Of a stretch of DNA of 59,507 nucleotides, positions 46,117 to 55,371 are shown piece after piece (within the stretch, counting starts at the first letter, position 1; every line of letters starts with the position of its first letter). A model generated the notes under the pieces. It ran no database searches and had not been told where the DNA came from. It was given only the letters and a program-made list of their open reading frames with translations. Source of the stretch: a virus (lineage: Duplodnaviria; Caudoviricetes); IMG/VR virus record IMGVR_UViG_3300022690_002018, positions 1-59,507 of that record, one strand, 5' to 3'. The translations under genes were made by a program, and so were the position numbers.

Positions 46117-46324
46117 TTTTCGAATCCTTTACCTTTTTTACAGATTTTTTACTATCGGATTTTTCAGGACTAATGAGTTCAACACAATGATCATGCTTGG
46201 AATCTTCAAATCGTCTACGCCAATACGAATCCAAAATATTACCATCACGACTCTTTACCCTAATAACGGAACCTTTTTTATGTCCTCGTAAATTATAATT
46301 CAATTTTAATTGTACTGTTTCCAC
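46106..46324 (-). CDS. DUF2635-like small protein (Mu gp38-like)
   Basis: YWRRRFED motif directly upstream of the sheath; GTG start after GAGG. Confidence 0.7.
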   Translation of the reverse strand: METVQLKLNYNLRGHKKGSVIRVKSRDGNILDSYWRRRFEDSKHDHCVELISPEKSDSKKSVKKVKDSKSDV

Positions 46325-46349
46325 AATATAACCTCGCGAATAGAATAAC

Positions 46350-47444
46350 TTATAATTGCTCACTATCCAAGTCAACAACCGCTGTCAATTCAGGGCTTAA
46401 ACCATCCGGTGTATCCTGTTTAATATTCAAATCTATTTCCCTAAAGGCAACACTCAACTCAGGCTCTACAATATCACAACTGTTAATATACGCCGTAATT
46501 TCAAACAAATACTGATGCACATAATACGGCCCAGTATACGCTGCTATCCCATCTTCAACAAACGACATCAAGTAAACATTTGTTTCGTTTACCTGAAATA
46601 CAAAATTAACGCCAAGAATCGATTTAAAAATTAAACGTCGAATATCTTGCGCTTCATCTCTTGCACCACGGGCAGCAATTTCATCTTTCGTCGGGAAGAA
46701 TACATATAAGGAATACTGTTCAAACATTTGTTGACGATACTCAATACCTGCTACCGGCGAATAAGTGGTATCATTATCGAACTGACGATTTTTAGTTGTT
46801 GATGTTCTCCCTGGAATGACAAAAAGCCAAAGGTCGTCAGTAAACGGTTGTTTACTATAAGCTGCTATAATGCGATCTATATCAACGCCCCCCGAAATTC
46901 TAAAATTCTTTTTTGCTGAAATAAGTCCGTGCGCGGGGCTAATGGGCGTCCCCACTAAAATATAAGTAAAAGTTGTTGTCGTCGGCACTGAAACCACTAC
47001 AAAAACTCCGTTGTACCCTCGATCTTTTCCATCGAAAACAATAATAGTCCCAGTAGCAGGTGTAACGGGCGTAGTGGCGATTTGATAAGTAAAGGTTTTT
47101 CGATTGGGAACGCTTAGTAAGTCAAATGCACCGTTATACTCCAGCTGATCGGCTCCTTCGATTTCAATTACTTTTTGAAAACCTTCTGTTAAATCATGAT
47201 TTTCAAAAGTAACGCCCGTCACAATATCGTCCACGCGCGTTAAGCTCTCAAGGGTCAATGGGGATAACGCCCCACTAATATGAACGAGATCATTTACTGC
47301 TAATCCGTGATCTACGGTCGTCGTAACGGTAGCCGTTGAGCCACTGCGCGTAATCTCCGTGACAGGAACCGTATCGCTGAACTTATCCGTTAAAATCGGA
47401 AGAACCGCAATAAGTTGATTGATAATAGTAGATACTTTAGCCAT
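46350..47444 (-). CDS. Tail completion/terminator-like protein with two inserted beta domains
   Basis: Position; YVHQYLFE...AFREIDL C-terminus; repeated HGL/YNG/TFTY modules. Confidence 0.7.
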   Translation of the reverse strand: MAKVSTIINQLIAVLPILTDKFSDTVPVTEITRSGSTATVTTTVDHGLAVNDLVHISGALSPLTLESLTRVDDIVTGVTFENHDLTEGFQKVIEIEGADQLEYNGAFDLLSVPNRKTFTYQIATTPVTPATGTIIVFDGKDRGYNGVFVVVSVPTTTTFTYILVGTPISPAHGLISAKKNFRISGGVDIDRIIAAYSKQPFTDDLWLFVIPGRTSTTKNRQFDNDTTYSPVAGIEYRQQMFEQYSLYVFFPTKDEIAARGARDEAQDIRRLIFKSILGVNFVFQVNETNVYLMSFVEDGIAAYTGPYYVHQYLFEITAYINSCDIVEPELSVAFREIDLNIKQDTPDGLSPELTAVVDLDSEQL

Positions 47445-47995
47445 TATTTAACCTTGATACTCATCCCTTCTTTAGTAATAGTCGCCTTTACATTTTGTCC
47501 AATGTACTGCTTATAATAATTCAGTACGACCTTGGTAGACTCCGTAATAGCGGGTTTTAAGTAAGGACGTTTGCCAATTCTAGCTTTCCCTGGACCCGCT
47601 GTTGTCCCGCCCAATTCTAATATACGTGCATAAGATACTTCAAAACCTTTCCAACGCCCCGCCATAACTGGACCCCCTGCACCAAAATGAAGCTGCTGGC
47701 CCTTAACTAGAAAAGATACGGAATCTTTTAATCGCCCCGTAAAGTTTGCGGGAGATTCGCCAATAGCAGACGCTCGATGTCTCCTAAAGGGGCCGGTACG
47801 AGACTCAGGAGGAAATCGCCAATGATAAATACGTCCCGTCTTGGGAGGTTTTAAAATCTTAGTACGCGCCAGTTTGGTAAGATGCACACCTATTAAGTAA
47901 TTAGCATGCCGAATCCCTAACATCGTCGCCTCTGTCAGTTTCTCAATCTGTTTTAATCTTCTCGCACTTCCTGGCGTTAAACCTGTTGGCATCAC
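47444..47995 (-). CDS. HK97 gp10-like neck/tail-completion protein
   Basis: HRASAIGESPANFTGRL, YARILELG, RPYLKPA. Confidence 0.82.
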   Translation of the reverse strand: MMPTGLTPGSARRLKQIEKLTEATMLGIRHANYLIGVHLTKLARTKILKPPKTGRIYHWRFPPESRTGPFRRHRASAIGESPANFTGRLKDSVSFLVKGQQLHFGAGGPVMAGRWKGFEVSYARILELGGTTAGPGKARIGKRPYLKPAITESTKVVLNYYKQYIGQNVKATITKEGMSIKVK

Positions 47996-48384
47996 TACAC
48001 CTTCGTTACTTCAATATTATCCGGTCCACGAATAGTACAGTTCAATCGATGGTAGGTATTCGATTGCTGTAGATTCTCCGCTTCAATAATTCGATATCTA
48101 TTATTTTCAAATACAACAAAATCTTCAAACGTTACTCCTGGAATGAAACGTATAATAAAAACATGAGTAATCCGCTGAAGAATATTAAATTCATCAAAAA
48201 ATTGCGTTCCTGTTTTGGTATCAACATTCGCCCAGACCGTTCGCTGATTAATAAATTGTTCATTAAAATCAACCGTCTCTGTCTTTATGGGGGTGATTTC
48301 ACGTAAAAAGATATCAATACGTTTATTTAAAGCCGCAATACACGCTTGCTCTTTCTTTCTCTGAATCTTAATACATTTAGGCAT
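47995..48384 (-). CDS. Head closure / head-tail adaptor (SPP1 gp16-like)
   Basis: LNKRIDI, TVWANV, THVFIIRF, NRYRII. Confidence 0.85.
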   Translation of the reverse strand: MPKCIKIQRKKEQACIAALNKRIDIFLREITPIKTETVDFNEQFINQRTVWANVDTKTGTQFFDEFNILQRITHVFIIRFIPGVTFEDFVVFENNRYRIIEAENLQQSNTYHRLNCTIRGPDNIEVTKV

Positions 48385-48385
48385 A

Positions 48386-49057
48386 TCAACATAACCATTC
48401 GTTTTGCAACTTGTAAATTATAAAATCACTGTAAAGCATTTGAGACGCTTGGGGTAATGATGATGCACCAATACAGATACAGGCACAATCTCCTCGATTT
48501 TCATACAAAAAAGCAATGTGCTGCATAAGTCCTATCTTGATTGCATCGGGAATATCAATAGTTACTGGCGGCCCATAGCCTGTTGTAATAAAAATCTCAA
48601 CAGGACGAGGGACATCACAGTCAACGGTAGGGAAGTCGTCCACAGGAAAAATAAAGGGATAATGTGAGTTATTGCCCTCATTCACTTCAAACTCTGAAGG
48701 ATCCCACGTAATAGAAAGGCCATTTTCTAAAAAATTAATAGCAATCACTTCCCGTAAAGGAAAACGTCGAATCTCAAGACAATTTTTACCACCCGTTGTG
48801 TGACAATCACCGAAAAATGGAAAAAAGCTATTTGAATGTGGAAACCCTGAACACAGAATAGTATACGTCTTTTCCGTTAAATCCTGACCCGTAAAGGCTT
48901 CAAATATACGAGTAGCAGCACGAATCAATTGCTTAATTAAATCATCATCTTCAGTATTAGCTACTTTTAAATAGCTCTTTACTTCAATCAGGGTAACAGC
49001 AAGATCGGTGGATTGCTCGTCCAACTTATAATCGCAATGTACAAATTGGCCACTCAT
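48386..49057 (-). CDS. Head-tail connector (gp6-like)
   Basis: VTLIEVKSYLKV..DDDLI..LIRAA; IPDAIK...AFLYENRG. Confidence 0.88.
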   Translation of the reverse strand: MSGQFVHCDYKLDEQSTDLAVTLIEVKSYLKVANTEDDDLIKQLIRAATRIFEAFTGQDLTEKTYTILCSGFPHSNSFFPFFGDCHTTGGKNCLEIRRFPLREVIAINFLENGLSITWDPSEFEVNEGNNSHYPFIFPVDDFPTVDCDVPRPVEIFITTGYGPPVTIDIPDAIKIGLMQHIAFLYENRGDCACICIGASSLPQASQMLYSDFIIYKLQNEWLC

Positions 49058-49063
49058 TAAAGG

Positions 49064-49363
49064 TTACTTTTTAGGTTTTTCTTTCTTCGTATGCACAACT
49101 TCTTTGGTTTCTTTCTCTTGCATATTCGCTGGCGTTTGTTCAATTTTCTCTTGCACACTGGCTGGAGTTTGTTCAACTTTACCTTCTATTTTTGCATAAC
49201 CGGCTGCTATCATCTGCTTAACGTCCTTTTCAGGTAAATTTGTTTGAACCTCACCTTTTTCAAAATGTAAAATCTTATCAACATACACTATACGCCTCCC
49301 TACTTGTTTCTTTTCATAACGTTTAAACTGCCAAACACATTTTTTTAAAAATTTAATTTCCAT
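49064..49363 (-). CDS. Small head-associated hypothetical protein
   Basis: IKFLK...MIAAGYA pattern; EQTPA..QEK duplicated. Confidence 0.65.
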   Translation of the reverse strand: MEIKFLKKCVWQFKRYEKKQVGRRIVYVDKILHFEKGEVQTNLPEKDVKQMIAAGYAKIEGKVEQTPASVQEKIEQTPANMQEKETKEVVHTKKEKPKK

Positions 49364-49390
49364 AATTACCTCTATCGTGTTAATAAAATA

Positions 49391-49795
49391 TTAATCAGTT
49401 TCAGAATGCCTTAAGTGATCCGACACCACCAAAACACCTACCCGCCCAAACGTAGTTAAATCCGACGTAATGACTTCAGCACTGATAAATCTTTTTTTAC
49501 CGATATAGCCCTGGCTGTCTAATGAATTCGTCCCTACTATTTCTAAATTTGGTCCTATTAAGTCTTCTTGAGGAACTGTTCCATGAGTAGCTGCTACCTC
49601 ACTGTCCCCATGGCGGATAATCAATGCGTGATCCCCATCCGTCGAATCGTCTGCAGTGAAGATATAAACTTCTACTGACTGAGAACCCGCTGTGTCAAAC
49701 GAAATCCCACCTAAAAGACTACCATTAGAATTGATTTGAATGATATCAAAAATGAACTGTTTTTTTGTTATTGAATGTAAATCTCGTGCAGTCAT
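49391..49795 (-). CDS. Capsid decoration-like protein, paralog 5
   Basis: DTAGSQSVE, HGD, GYIGKKRFISA. Confidence 0.75.
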   Translation of the reverse strand: MTARDLHSITKKQFIFDIIQINSNGSLLGGISFDTAGSQSVEVYIFTADDSTDGDHALIIRHGDSEVAATHGTVPQEDLIGPNLEIVGTNSLDSQGYIGKKRFISAEVITSDLTTFGRVGVLVVSDHLRHSETD

Positions 49796-49807
49796 TAAAG
49801 TAGCTCC

Positions 49808-50236
49808 TTAAAATAAAACTTCTTCATCAAGAGGGGTATGTCTACCAGTATCTACAATGACAAAGCACCCTATAAATTGGCCAACAGTAACGTTAGTAGC
49901 CGTTACTGCCACACTAATAAACCTTTTTTTGCCAATATAACCTTGACGAAACATTTGACTTGCACCCCCTGAGTTTAAAATTTGAAGGGATGGGCCTACT
50001 AATTGATCGACGGGAACATCGACATGTTGAGCAAAATTATTCGTATCGCCATGGCGGGGAACCAATAAAAAATCGCCATCGGTAGCAAGCGTCGTGTTGA
50101 AAAAAAGAAATTCTGCTGATCCAAGACCCGCAAGGTCTAGACTAAGGTCTCCGCTAAACGTACCATTCGATACTAAGTCGGAAATTGTAAATAAAATCGC
50201 TTGTCTAATAACTGAATGAATTTCACTGTTAGCCAT
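49808..50236 (-). CDS. Capsid decoration-like protein, paralog 4
   Basis: DLAGLGSAE, HGD, GYIGKKRFISV. Confidence 0.75.
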   Translation of the reverse strand: MANSEIHSVIRQAILFTISDLVSNGTFSGDLSLDLAGLGSAEFLFFNTTLATDGDFLLVPRHGDTNNFAQHVDVPVDQLVGPSLQILNSGGASQMFRQGYIGKKRFISVAVTATNVTVGQFIGCFVIVDTGRHTPLDEEVLF

Positions 50237-50265
50237 TTTTCTATTCTCCGTTTTTAACTTATAAT

Positions 50266-50694
50266 TTAAGGTAGCGCACTGGTAGGGGCACGCCTGGGAG
50301 TATTGAGAATAATAAAAGCCCCTAATAACTCACCTCCGCCAGCAATAATGGTAGAAACAATATGGGCACTTAAAAACCTTTTCTGGCCAACATATCCACC
50401 GCGCAACAAATTATCATTTCCATCAGCTTCTACTATCTTAAGTGGACTTCCAAGAAACTCATTACTAGGAACCGTGCTATGGTTACCTACAACATTAGTA
50501 TCACCATGGAGAAGAATCAGTTCATAATCCCCATCGACAACTGATAGAAAATGATTAAAAAACAAGACTTCTACAGATTCAAAACCAGCAGTATCCACTG
50601 CAATATTCCCAAAATGAGTAGTATTTATACTTAACTCATCAATTTTAAAAATATTTTGTTGCAGAATAATTGAATTAATGTCTTTAGTGGCCAT
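50266..50694 (-). CDS. Capsid decoration-like protein, paralog 3
   Basis: DTAGFESVE, HGD, GYVGQKRFLSA. Confidence 0.75.
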   Translation of the reverse strand: MATKDINSIILQQNIFKIDELSINTTHFGNIAVDTAGFESVEVLFFNHFLSVVDGDYELILLHGDTNVVGNHSTVPSNEFLGSPLKIVEADGNDNLLRGGYVGQKRFLSAHIVSTIIAGGGELLGAFIILNTPRRAPTSALP

Positions 50695-50718
50695 GGATGC
50701 ACCTTTTTTAAGTTATTT

Positions 50719-51129
50719 TTATACACTTACAATAGAATGCCGTGGAGAATCGGCTACTGCTATCACTCCGACATGGCGACCAGAAGTAACACCGGAAGCA
50801 ATAATATTAGCACTAAGAAAGCGTTTCTTTCCGATATAACCTTGCTGCAAAATCTCATTGCCAGAAGAAATAATTAATTGTGATCCTAATAAATCCTCAT
50901 CCAAAACATCCGTATGTGAGCTAAAAACATTAGTATCACCGTGTTTCACAACCAAGATAAAAGTACCATCGCCTGCATCATCCGTACTTACCATAACGAT
51001 TTCTACGGATTCAAAACCCGTAGTATCCACTACCAGGTTTCCGTCCGTTTTAACTCCATTCGAGGTTAACTGATCAATACGAAACAGAAAACTTGTAATT
51101 ACCTTCGAATGGAGTTCAGTAGCCGTCAT
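50719..51129 (-). CDS. Capsid decoration-like protein, paralog 2
   Basis: DTTGFESVE, HGD, GYIGKKRFLSA. Confidence 0.75.
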   Translation of the reverse strand: MTATELHSKVITSFLFRIDQLTSNGVKTDGNLVVDTTGFESVEIVMVSTDDAGDGTFILVVKHGDTNVFSSHTDVLDEDLLGSQLIISSGNEILQQGYIGKKRFLSANIIASGVTSGRHVGVIAVADSPRHSIVSV

Positions 51130-51141
51130 AATTAGTCCACC

Positions 51142-51570
51142 TTAAAAACTGGGAGTGACATTAGGATTAATTGGATTTCGAATCGCACCATCTACAATGG
51201 CAATTATTATCATATCCGCTTGTGCCGTTCCTCCAACTGCGCGTAAAACAGGTCGAACAAAAAGCTTATGCCCGATATACCCTACCATTCGGGTAACCGA
51301 CAAGCCGCCGAACGATAATGAAGTACCTGCTTCCGTACCCAACATAAATTCTTGAGGAACATCTACAAAGCCCGTATCACTAATATCACTGTCTTGCATA
51401 AACAGAGTCCACGTGCCCAATCCAATCGTCAACGCTATCATCATAAATTCAATGGATTGTAACCCAACAGTTGACAATGGGGCCCCAAGGTGTAACCCCG
51501 GAGTAATGAAAGTTGTGTTCGGCAATGAAGTTATCGAATCAATACGACTGTGTAAATCCTTACTAGGCAT
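51142..51570 (-). CDS. Capsid decoration-like protein, paralog 1
   Basis: STVGLQSIE, QDSD, GYIGHKLFVR; directly after the major capsid gene. Confidence 0.75.
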   Translation of the reverse strand: MPSKDLHSRIDSITSLPNTTFITPGLHLGAPLSTVGLQSIEFMMIALTIGLGTWTLFMQDSDISDTGFVDVPQEFMLGTEAGTSLSFGGLSVTRMVGYIGHKLFVRPVLRAVGGTAQADMIIIAIVDGAIRNPINPNVTPSF

Positions 51571-51581
51571 TAGTCAGTTTC

Positions 51582-52874
51582 CTATACTGCGAGTTTCAAT
51601 TTCACGAACGCATCAAACAGTACAACTTGCGCACCCGTTTGTTTCTTCCAAATAAAGCGTACTTTACAAGAATCAGCCAGAGTGAATGGATCGCGAATTA
51701 AGGTCATTGAAAACCCGTCAACGATATTGTATCCACGTCTAAAGTCACCATAGATGATGGGAAAGTTGTCCGCAACACCAGTATCGGGCATGTCAATAAC
51801 CGAAATAAAAGGTTCGCCCGCAATAGTCGCTGGAATACCGCGTTCTAAACCAACATTTAGATTGAATAGGTACGCGTCCGTGCTGTCTTTTAGTTTACGG
51901 ACAGCAGCAATGGTACGTCGATTCAATGCAAACATTGGGTTTTGACCAGACTTTAACTCTCCAACTAAAGTAATGAGATTGTCACCGTCAAAATTGTTAG
52001 AAATACCCGAATTAATAAAAGGAATTTGTGTATTGAACATAAACCCTTCAGGCTGATTAACGGAATCTCCATTCACAAAGGCTTCGCCTTCTACCTGAGC
52101 AAATGTTTCGACTACATCTTGTCTAATTTCTTCTTCCATATTGAAAGCAGAATCATTCAACATTTCAGTGGTAGCTTGAACCACCGCAACCAATTTGTTT
52201 ACTTTGATTCGGTTTTCGCCATAAGTGGAATTACTTTGCGCTTTTGTGGCTGCTTCCCCAATGAACTCCGCATTGACCAGGCTTTCGCGTAAAGGAATTA
52301 CGAGTTCACCCGCTGACGTAGTTCGAATTCGAGAAATTTGACGAATAGGAGAAATCTCAGTAATTAACTTAAGAATCTCAGCTACAAATTCAGGGGGTGC
52401 TAAGAATCCACCCAAATCATTAACGTCAGTACGAAGTAACTTAACTTCTTCTGGTGTAAAGACAGAGGCTTCGTGGGGAATATATTGACCGCTTTTGTTT
52501 TCAACGGCCTGTTGTGGATTTTCCCAGGCTTTGCCATAGCGACAAAACTTTATAAAGGCTTTTAACTCTTTTTCACCCTTTTTATAGTTGGGAGAATTGA
52601 TCGGTAAACGAGTAAGCTTTGTTTCAAATTCTACAAGCTTCGCTTCCATTTCTTCGTATTTCTTAGATTTTTCTTCGGCAGCCACCACAATAGCGGTATT
52701 CGCTGCGTCTAATTCTTTTAGCTTAGTTTCGCAGTTGTCAGTAATTTGTTTGATTTCACCTTCAGATTTAACGTTTTTTTCAACGGTTTCGCGCAAGGTA
52801 GATAACGCTTCAGCAAAATTTTGCATATCAGTTTTATCAACTGATTCAACGGCTACAGTAGACATTTTTCCCAT
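51582..52874 (-). CDS. Major capsid protein, HK97 family
   Basis: GGFLAPPEF, SPIRQI, EGEAFVNGD..NQPEG, IIYGDFRRGYNIVD, RDPFT. Confidence 0.96.
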   Translation of the reverse strand: MGKMSTVAVESVDKTDMQNFAEALSTLRETVEKNVKSEGEIKQITDNCETKLKELDAANTAIVVAAEEKSKKYEEMEAKLVEFETKLTRLPINSPNYKKGEKELKAFIKFCRYGKAWENPQQAVENKSGQYIPHEASVFTPEEVKLLRTDVNDLGGFLAPPEFVAEILKLITEISPIRQISRIRTTSAGELVIPLRESLVNAEFIGEAATKAQSNSTYGENRIKVNKLVAVVQATTEMLNDSAFNMEEEIRQDVVETFAQVEGEAFVNGDSVNQPEGFMFNTQIPFINSGISNNFDGDNLITLVGELKSGQNPMFALNRRTIAAVRKLKDSTDAYLFNLNVGLERGIPATIAGEPFISVIDMPDTGVADNFPIIYGDFRRGYNIVDGFSMTLIRDPFTLADSCKVRFIWKKQTGAQVVLFDAFVKLKLAV

Positions 52875-52907
52875 TCCTTAATGTGAGTTATTAAGTAATA
52901 AAGAATC

Positions 52908-53138
52908 TTATTTGTTGGATTCTTTACTAATATGTGATGCGAGATATACGCTCGCACTTTTGGAAAAAACGCCTGACTCTCTCAATGCTTTTTCAAATTC
53001 TCTTTTCGAACCTTTATAACAATTAACAGGTTCTTTAATACATAACGCAAGATAGCTATTCGCTTCTTTAGAAAAAACGCTTGACTCACTCAATGCTTTT
53101 TCAAACTCTTGCGCTAATATATTAACACCCTGATTCAT
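52908..53138 (-). CDS. Small protein made of two copies of a prohead-protease C-terminal-like motif
   Basis: QEFEKALSESSVFSKEANSYLA and REFEKALRESGVFSKSASVYLA. Confidence 0.65.
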   Translation of the reverse strand: MNQGVNILAQEFEKALSESSVFSKEANSYLALCIKEPVNCYKGSKREFEKALRESGVFSKSASVYLASHISKESNK

Positions 53139-53142
53139 AATT

Positions 53143-54219
53143 CTACAACCCTAACAACGCTTTCATTGCAGTTATTTCTTTTATAATCGTACTTTTTTCT
53201 TGTTTAAAGCATATGTCGCCATTTCTTTCTAACTTTCTTTCAATAAAACGCTCCATAAAATATCGTAAATCTTCTGGCCCAAACGCTTTAGCTTGCTTTA
53301 AAAAATAAAAAATATCTTCCTTTGTCATGGATTTTGCATGATCTAAATCCCAACATTTATTATCTTGGAAAGGACTTTCACGTCCCATTTTTTTATAATA
53401 CTGTTCTACATGCCGAATAACTGAGGGTCGATCCGAACTTGGAATATCTACCCCGCCTCGCGCACCTAATAATATAGCCGTTGATTCGAATATCGCACGA
53501 GGGATAGCCATCAATTTACCATCAATAACGTCCGCAAAAGCAAGTTTATAGATACAAAGCGCATTTGGGTCTGCCTCATTAAACCAAAAAAAAGAATCTG
53601 CGTACTTGTCCGACAATAAATCTTCAGAACCAATAAATTTTCGTACCCGTTTAAGAGCTTCTACTCTGTCCCAGGGATAGGTTGAATCTGCTAAGGGTAA
53701 ATCTTTAAAACCAATAACCGATTTAATGTCTGTAATTTCTGCTTTCTCATTCGCTGGGAAAGTGACAAAACTCACTTCAAACAGATTAATCTCTTTAAGG
53801 GTACGCACACCAGAGCGACTAATATCAGAATCTTCGACTTGAAAACCAATGGACATACGATTAATAATGTCAGCCTTAATGAGAGCAACCACATCCTTCA
53901 CTAAGCTATGCTCTTTAGGCATAACGGCTTTAATGAATAAACCTTTTTCATCTTCCACCGCTTTAATGATCCTACCAATCGGCTTATGGGCATCATGCTG
54001 CCATAAAATTTTGATATTCTTGCCGCTTTTACCTTTTAGTGTTTTTGCAAACGCACCTCTTTCGATAACGTCATTCGTAAAATCTTTATTGTTAAAAGTA
54101 CTGGCATAGCCCGTTACACGAACCATATCGTCGTCTTCGTCGTCATGGTCCCCTTTTTTTTCAAATTCAAAAGGAAAAGTTAGATGCTCTAATTTCAAAG
54201 AAGAATTGGTAGATTCCAT
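53143..54219 (-). CDS. Prohead protease, HK97 family, with C-terminal extension
   Basis: GYASTFNNKD, ILWQHD..KPIG, MSIGF, LFEVSFVTFPAN. Confidence 0.95.
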   Translation of the reverse strand: MESTNSSLKLEHLTFPFEFEKKGDHDDEDDDMVRVTGYASTFNNKDFTNDVIERGAFAKTLKGKSGKNIKILWQHDAHKPIGRIIKAVEDEKGLFIKAVMPKEHSLVKDVVALIKADIINRMSIGFQVEDSDISRSGVRTLKEINLFEVSFVTFPANEKAEITDIKSVIGFKDLPLADSTYPWDRVEALKRVRKFIGSEDLLSDKYADSFFWFNEADPNALCIYKLAFADVIDGKLMAIPRAIFESTAILLGARGGVDIPSSDRPSVIRHVEQYYKKMGRESPFQDNKCWDLDHAKSMTKEDIFYFLKQAKAFGPEDLRYFMERFIERKLERNGDICFKQEKSTIIKEITAMKALLGL

Positions 54220-54229
54220 AGTAAAAAAT

Positions 54230-54271
54230 CCTTTACGTATAAATAGCACTGCACCGACAGTTTATAACATT
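54230..54271. repeat. 42-bp direct repeat (second copy 54622-54663) flanking an inserted gene
   Basis: CCTTTACGTATAAATAGCACTGCACCGACAGTTTATAACATT twice; encodes the MuF C-terminus NVINCRCSAIYT*. Confidence 0.95.
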
Positions 54272-54272
54272 T

Positions 54273-54614
54273 TTAAGGCGTAAATTCCTCTGAAGATGAA
54301 TAATCTTCACCGTAATCATCTCCAATATTAATTATACCGTGTATGTCTTGATCCCAAAACTGTGGTATTTTGTCTTTACCTTCTTCAAATAAGTTCATTG
54401 GCCAAAACTTATTAACTTTTTCAGGACTGCGCATTCCAAGTAAAGAAAGAATCAATACAAAACAGCATTCTATGATAGTACTTACACTAAAAAACAGCAC
54501 TACTTTTTTCTGATCACCAGAATCCATATGATTAGCAATATTTAAAAAATAACAGGATGTCCCAATCACCACTAGACTGACAACAAAGAAAAGTCCGTAA
54601 TGCCTTTTTCGCAT
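54273..54614 (-). CDS. Inserted two-TM membrane protein with acidic tail (moron)
   Basis: Two hydrophobic helices; tail GDDYGEDYSSSEEFTP; lies between the 42-bp repeats. Confidence 0.65.
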   Translation of the reverse strand: MRKRHYGLFFVVSLVVIGTSCYFLNIANHMDSGDQKKVVLFFSVSTIIECCFVLILSLLGMRSPEKVNKFWPMNLFEEGKDKIPQFWDQDIHGIINIGDDYGEDYSSSEEFTP

Positions 54615-54624
54615 AATGATACCT

Positions 54625-55371
54625 TTACGTATAAATAGCACTGCACCGACAGTTTATAACATTGCTAGGCCCCGCACCTAAACTGGTATCACCTGGTCGC
54701 ATTAATCGTTCGTTCCCCACAATAAAAGGTTTATCAATCGGCCTAACTTGCCCATCTGCTAGAAAATGGTTGCGACGAATTCTATTATCTAAAATACCTA
54801 CCCATTGCTTTTGCGTTACATTCGGCTGAGTAATGACAAGCTGCTGTTTTGTTTCCTCTGTAATATCTTGCGTTTCCGACATGGCAATCGTATCCACTCG
54901 GCCCACTAAAATCTTATTGTATTGCTGAAATGCTAAATCAGCCAACTCACTGATGTCAAGAACGCGCCCCGTTTCAATCGAAGCAGAAATAATATCTCGT
55001 ATCTTATCAATAAGCTGACCATTGGTTGTGTTAATAATAAAAGATATTTGGCGAGGAAGTGTGGTAGCGATGTATGCGTCGATCCCTTCGTCTGCCTGTC
55101 GTAAGTCCTCGTCTTGCTTTTGTTGTTCAATAAATTCTTTTCGAAAAGCAGCTACTGTGCGTTTATAAGCTGCAAGAAGAACCCGAGTTAAGGAAGGACG
55201 AAGGACCACCGCATTGAGAATAACCCCTGTTTTTCTAAATTGGCTTCTAAAATCTCGCATGTATCGCCCAAACACACGCCGTAGAGCCGATTTTAATTTG
55301 GCTTCTAATGCTAATTTTAATCGATTATCTCTATTCGCGAGAGCACGCGCTTGCCTAGATACCGTCGCCAT
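54625..55371 (-). CDS. Head morphogenesis protein (MuF / SPP1 gp7-like), short form
   Basis: TIAMSET, KQWVGILDNRIRRNH, PGD...NVINCRC. Confidence 0.9.
   Translation of the reverse strand: MATVSRQARALANRDNRLKLALEAKLKSALRRVFGRYMRDFRSQFRKTGVILNAVVLRPSLTRVLLAAYKRTVAAFRKEFIEQQKQDEDLRQADEGIDAYIATTLPRQISFIINTTNGQLIDKIRDIISASIETGRVLDISELADLAFQQYNKILVGRVDTIAMSETQDITEETKQQLVITQPNVTQKQWVGILDNRIRRNHFLADGQVRPIDKPFIVGNERLMRPGDTSLGAGPSNVINCRCSAIYT

Noticed and set aside
30979-47444. eCIS/tailocin rather than phage
   Set aside because: Portal, terminase, protease, capsid and replication genes are all present, and the tail is Mu-like.
41138-51570. Diversity-generating retroelement or shufflon behind the paralog arrays
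   Set aside because: No reverse transcriptase or invertase was recognised; differences are not adenine-specific and all copies are full genes in the same orientation.
54625-55371. MuF polymorphic toxin
   Set aside because: The protein stops right after INCRCSAIYT with no toxin extension.
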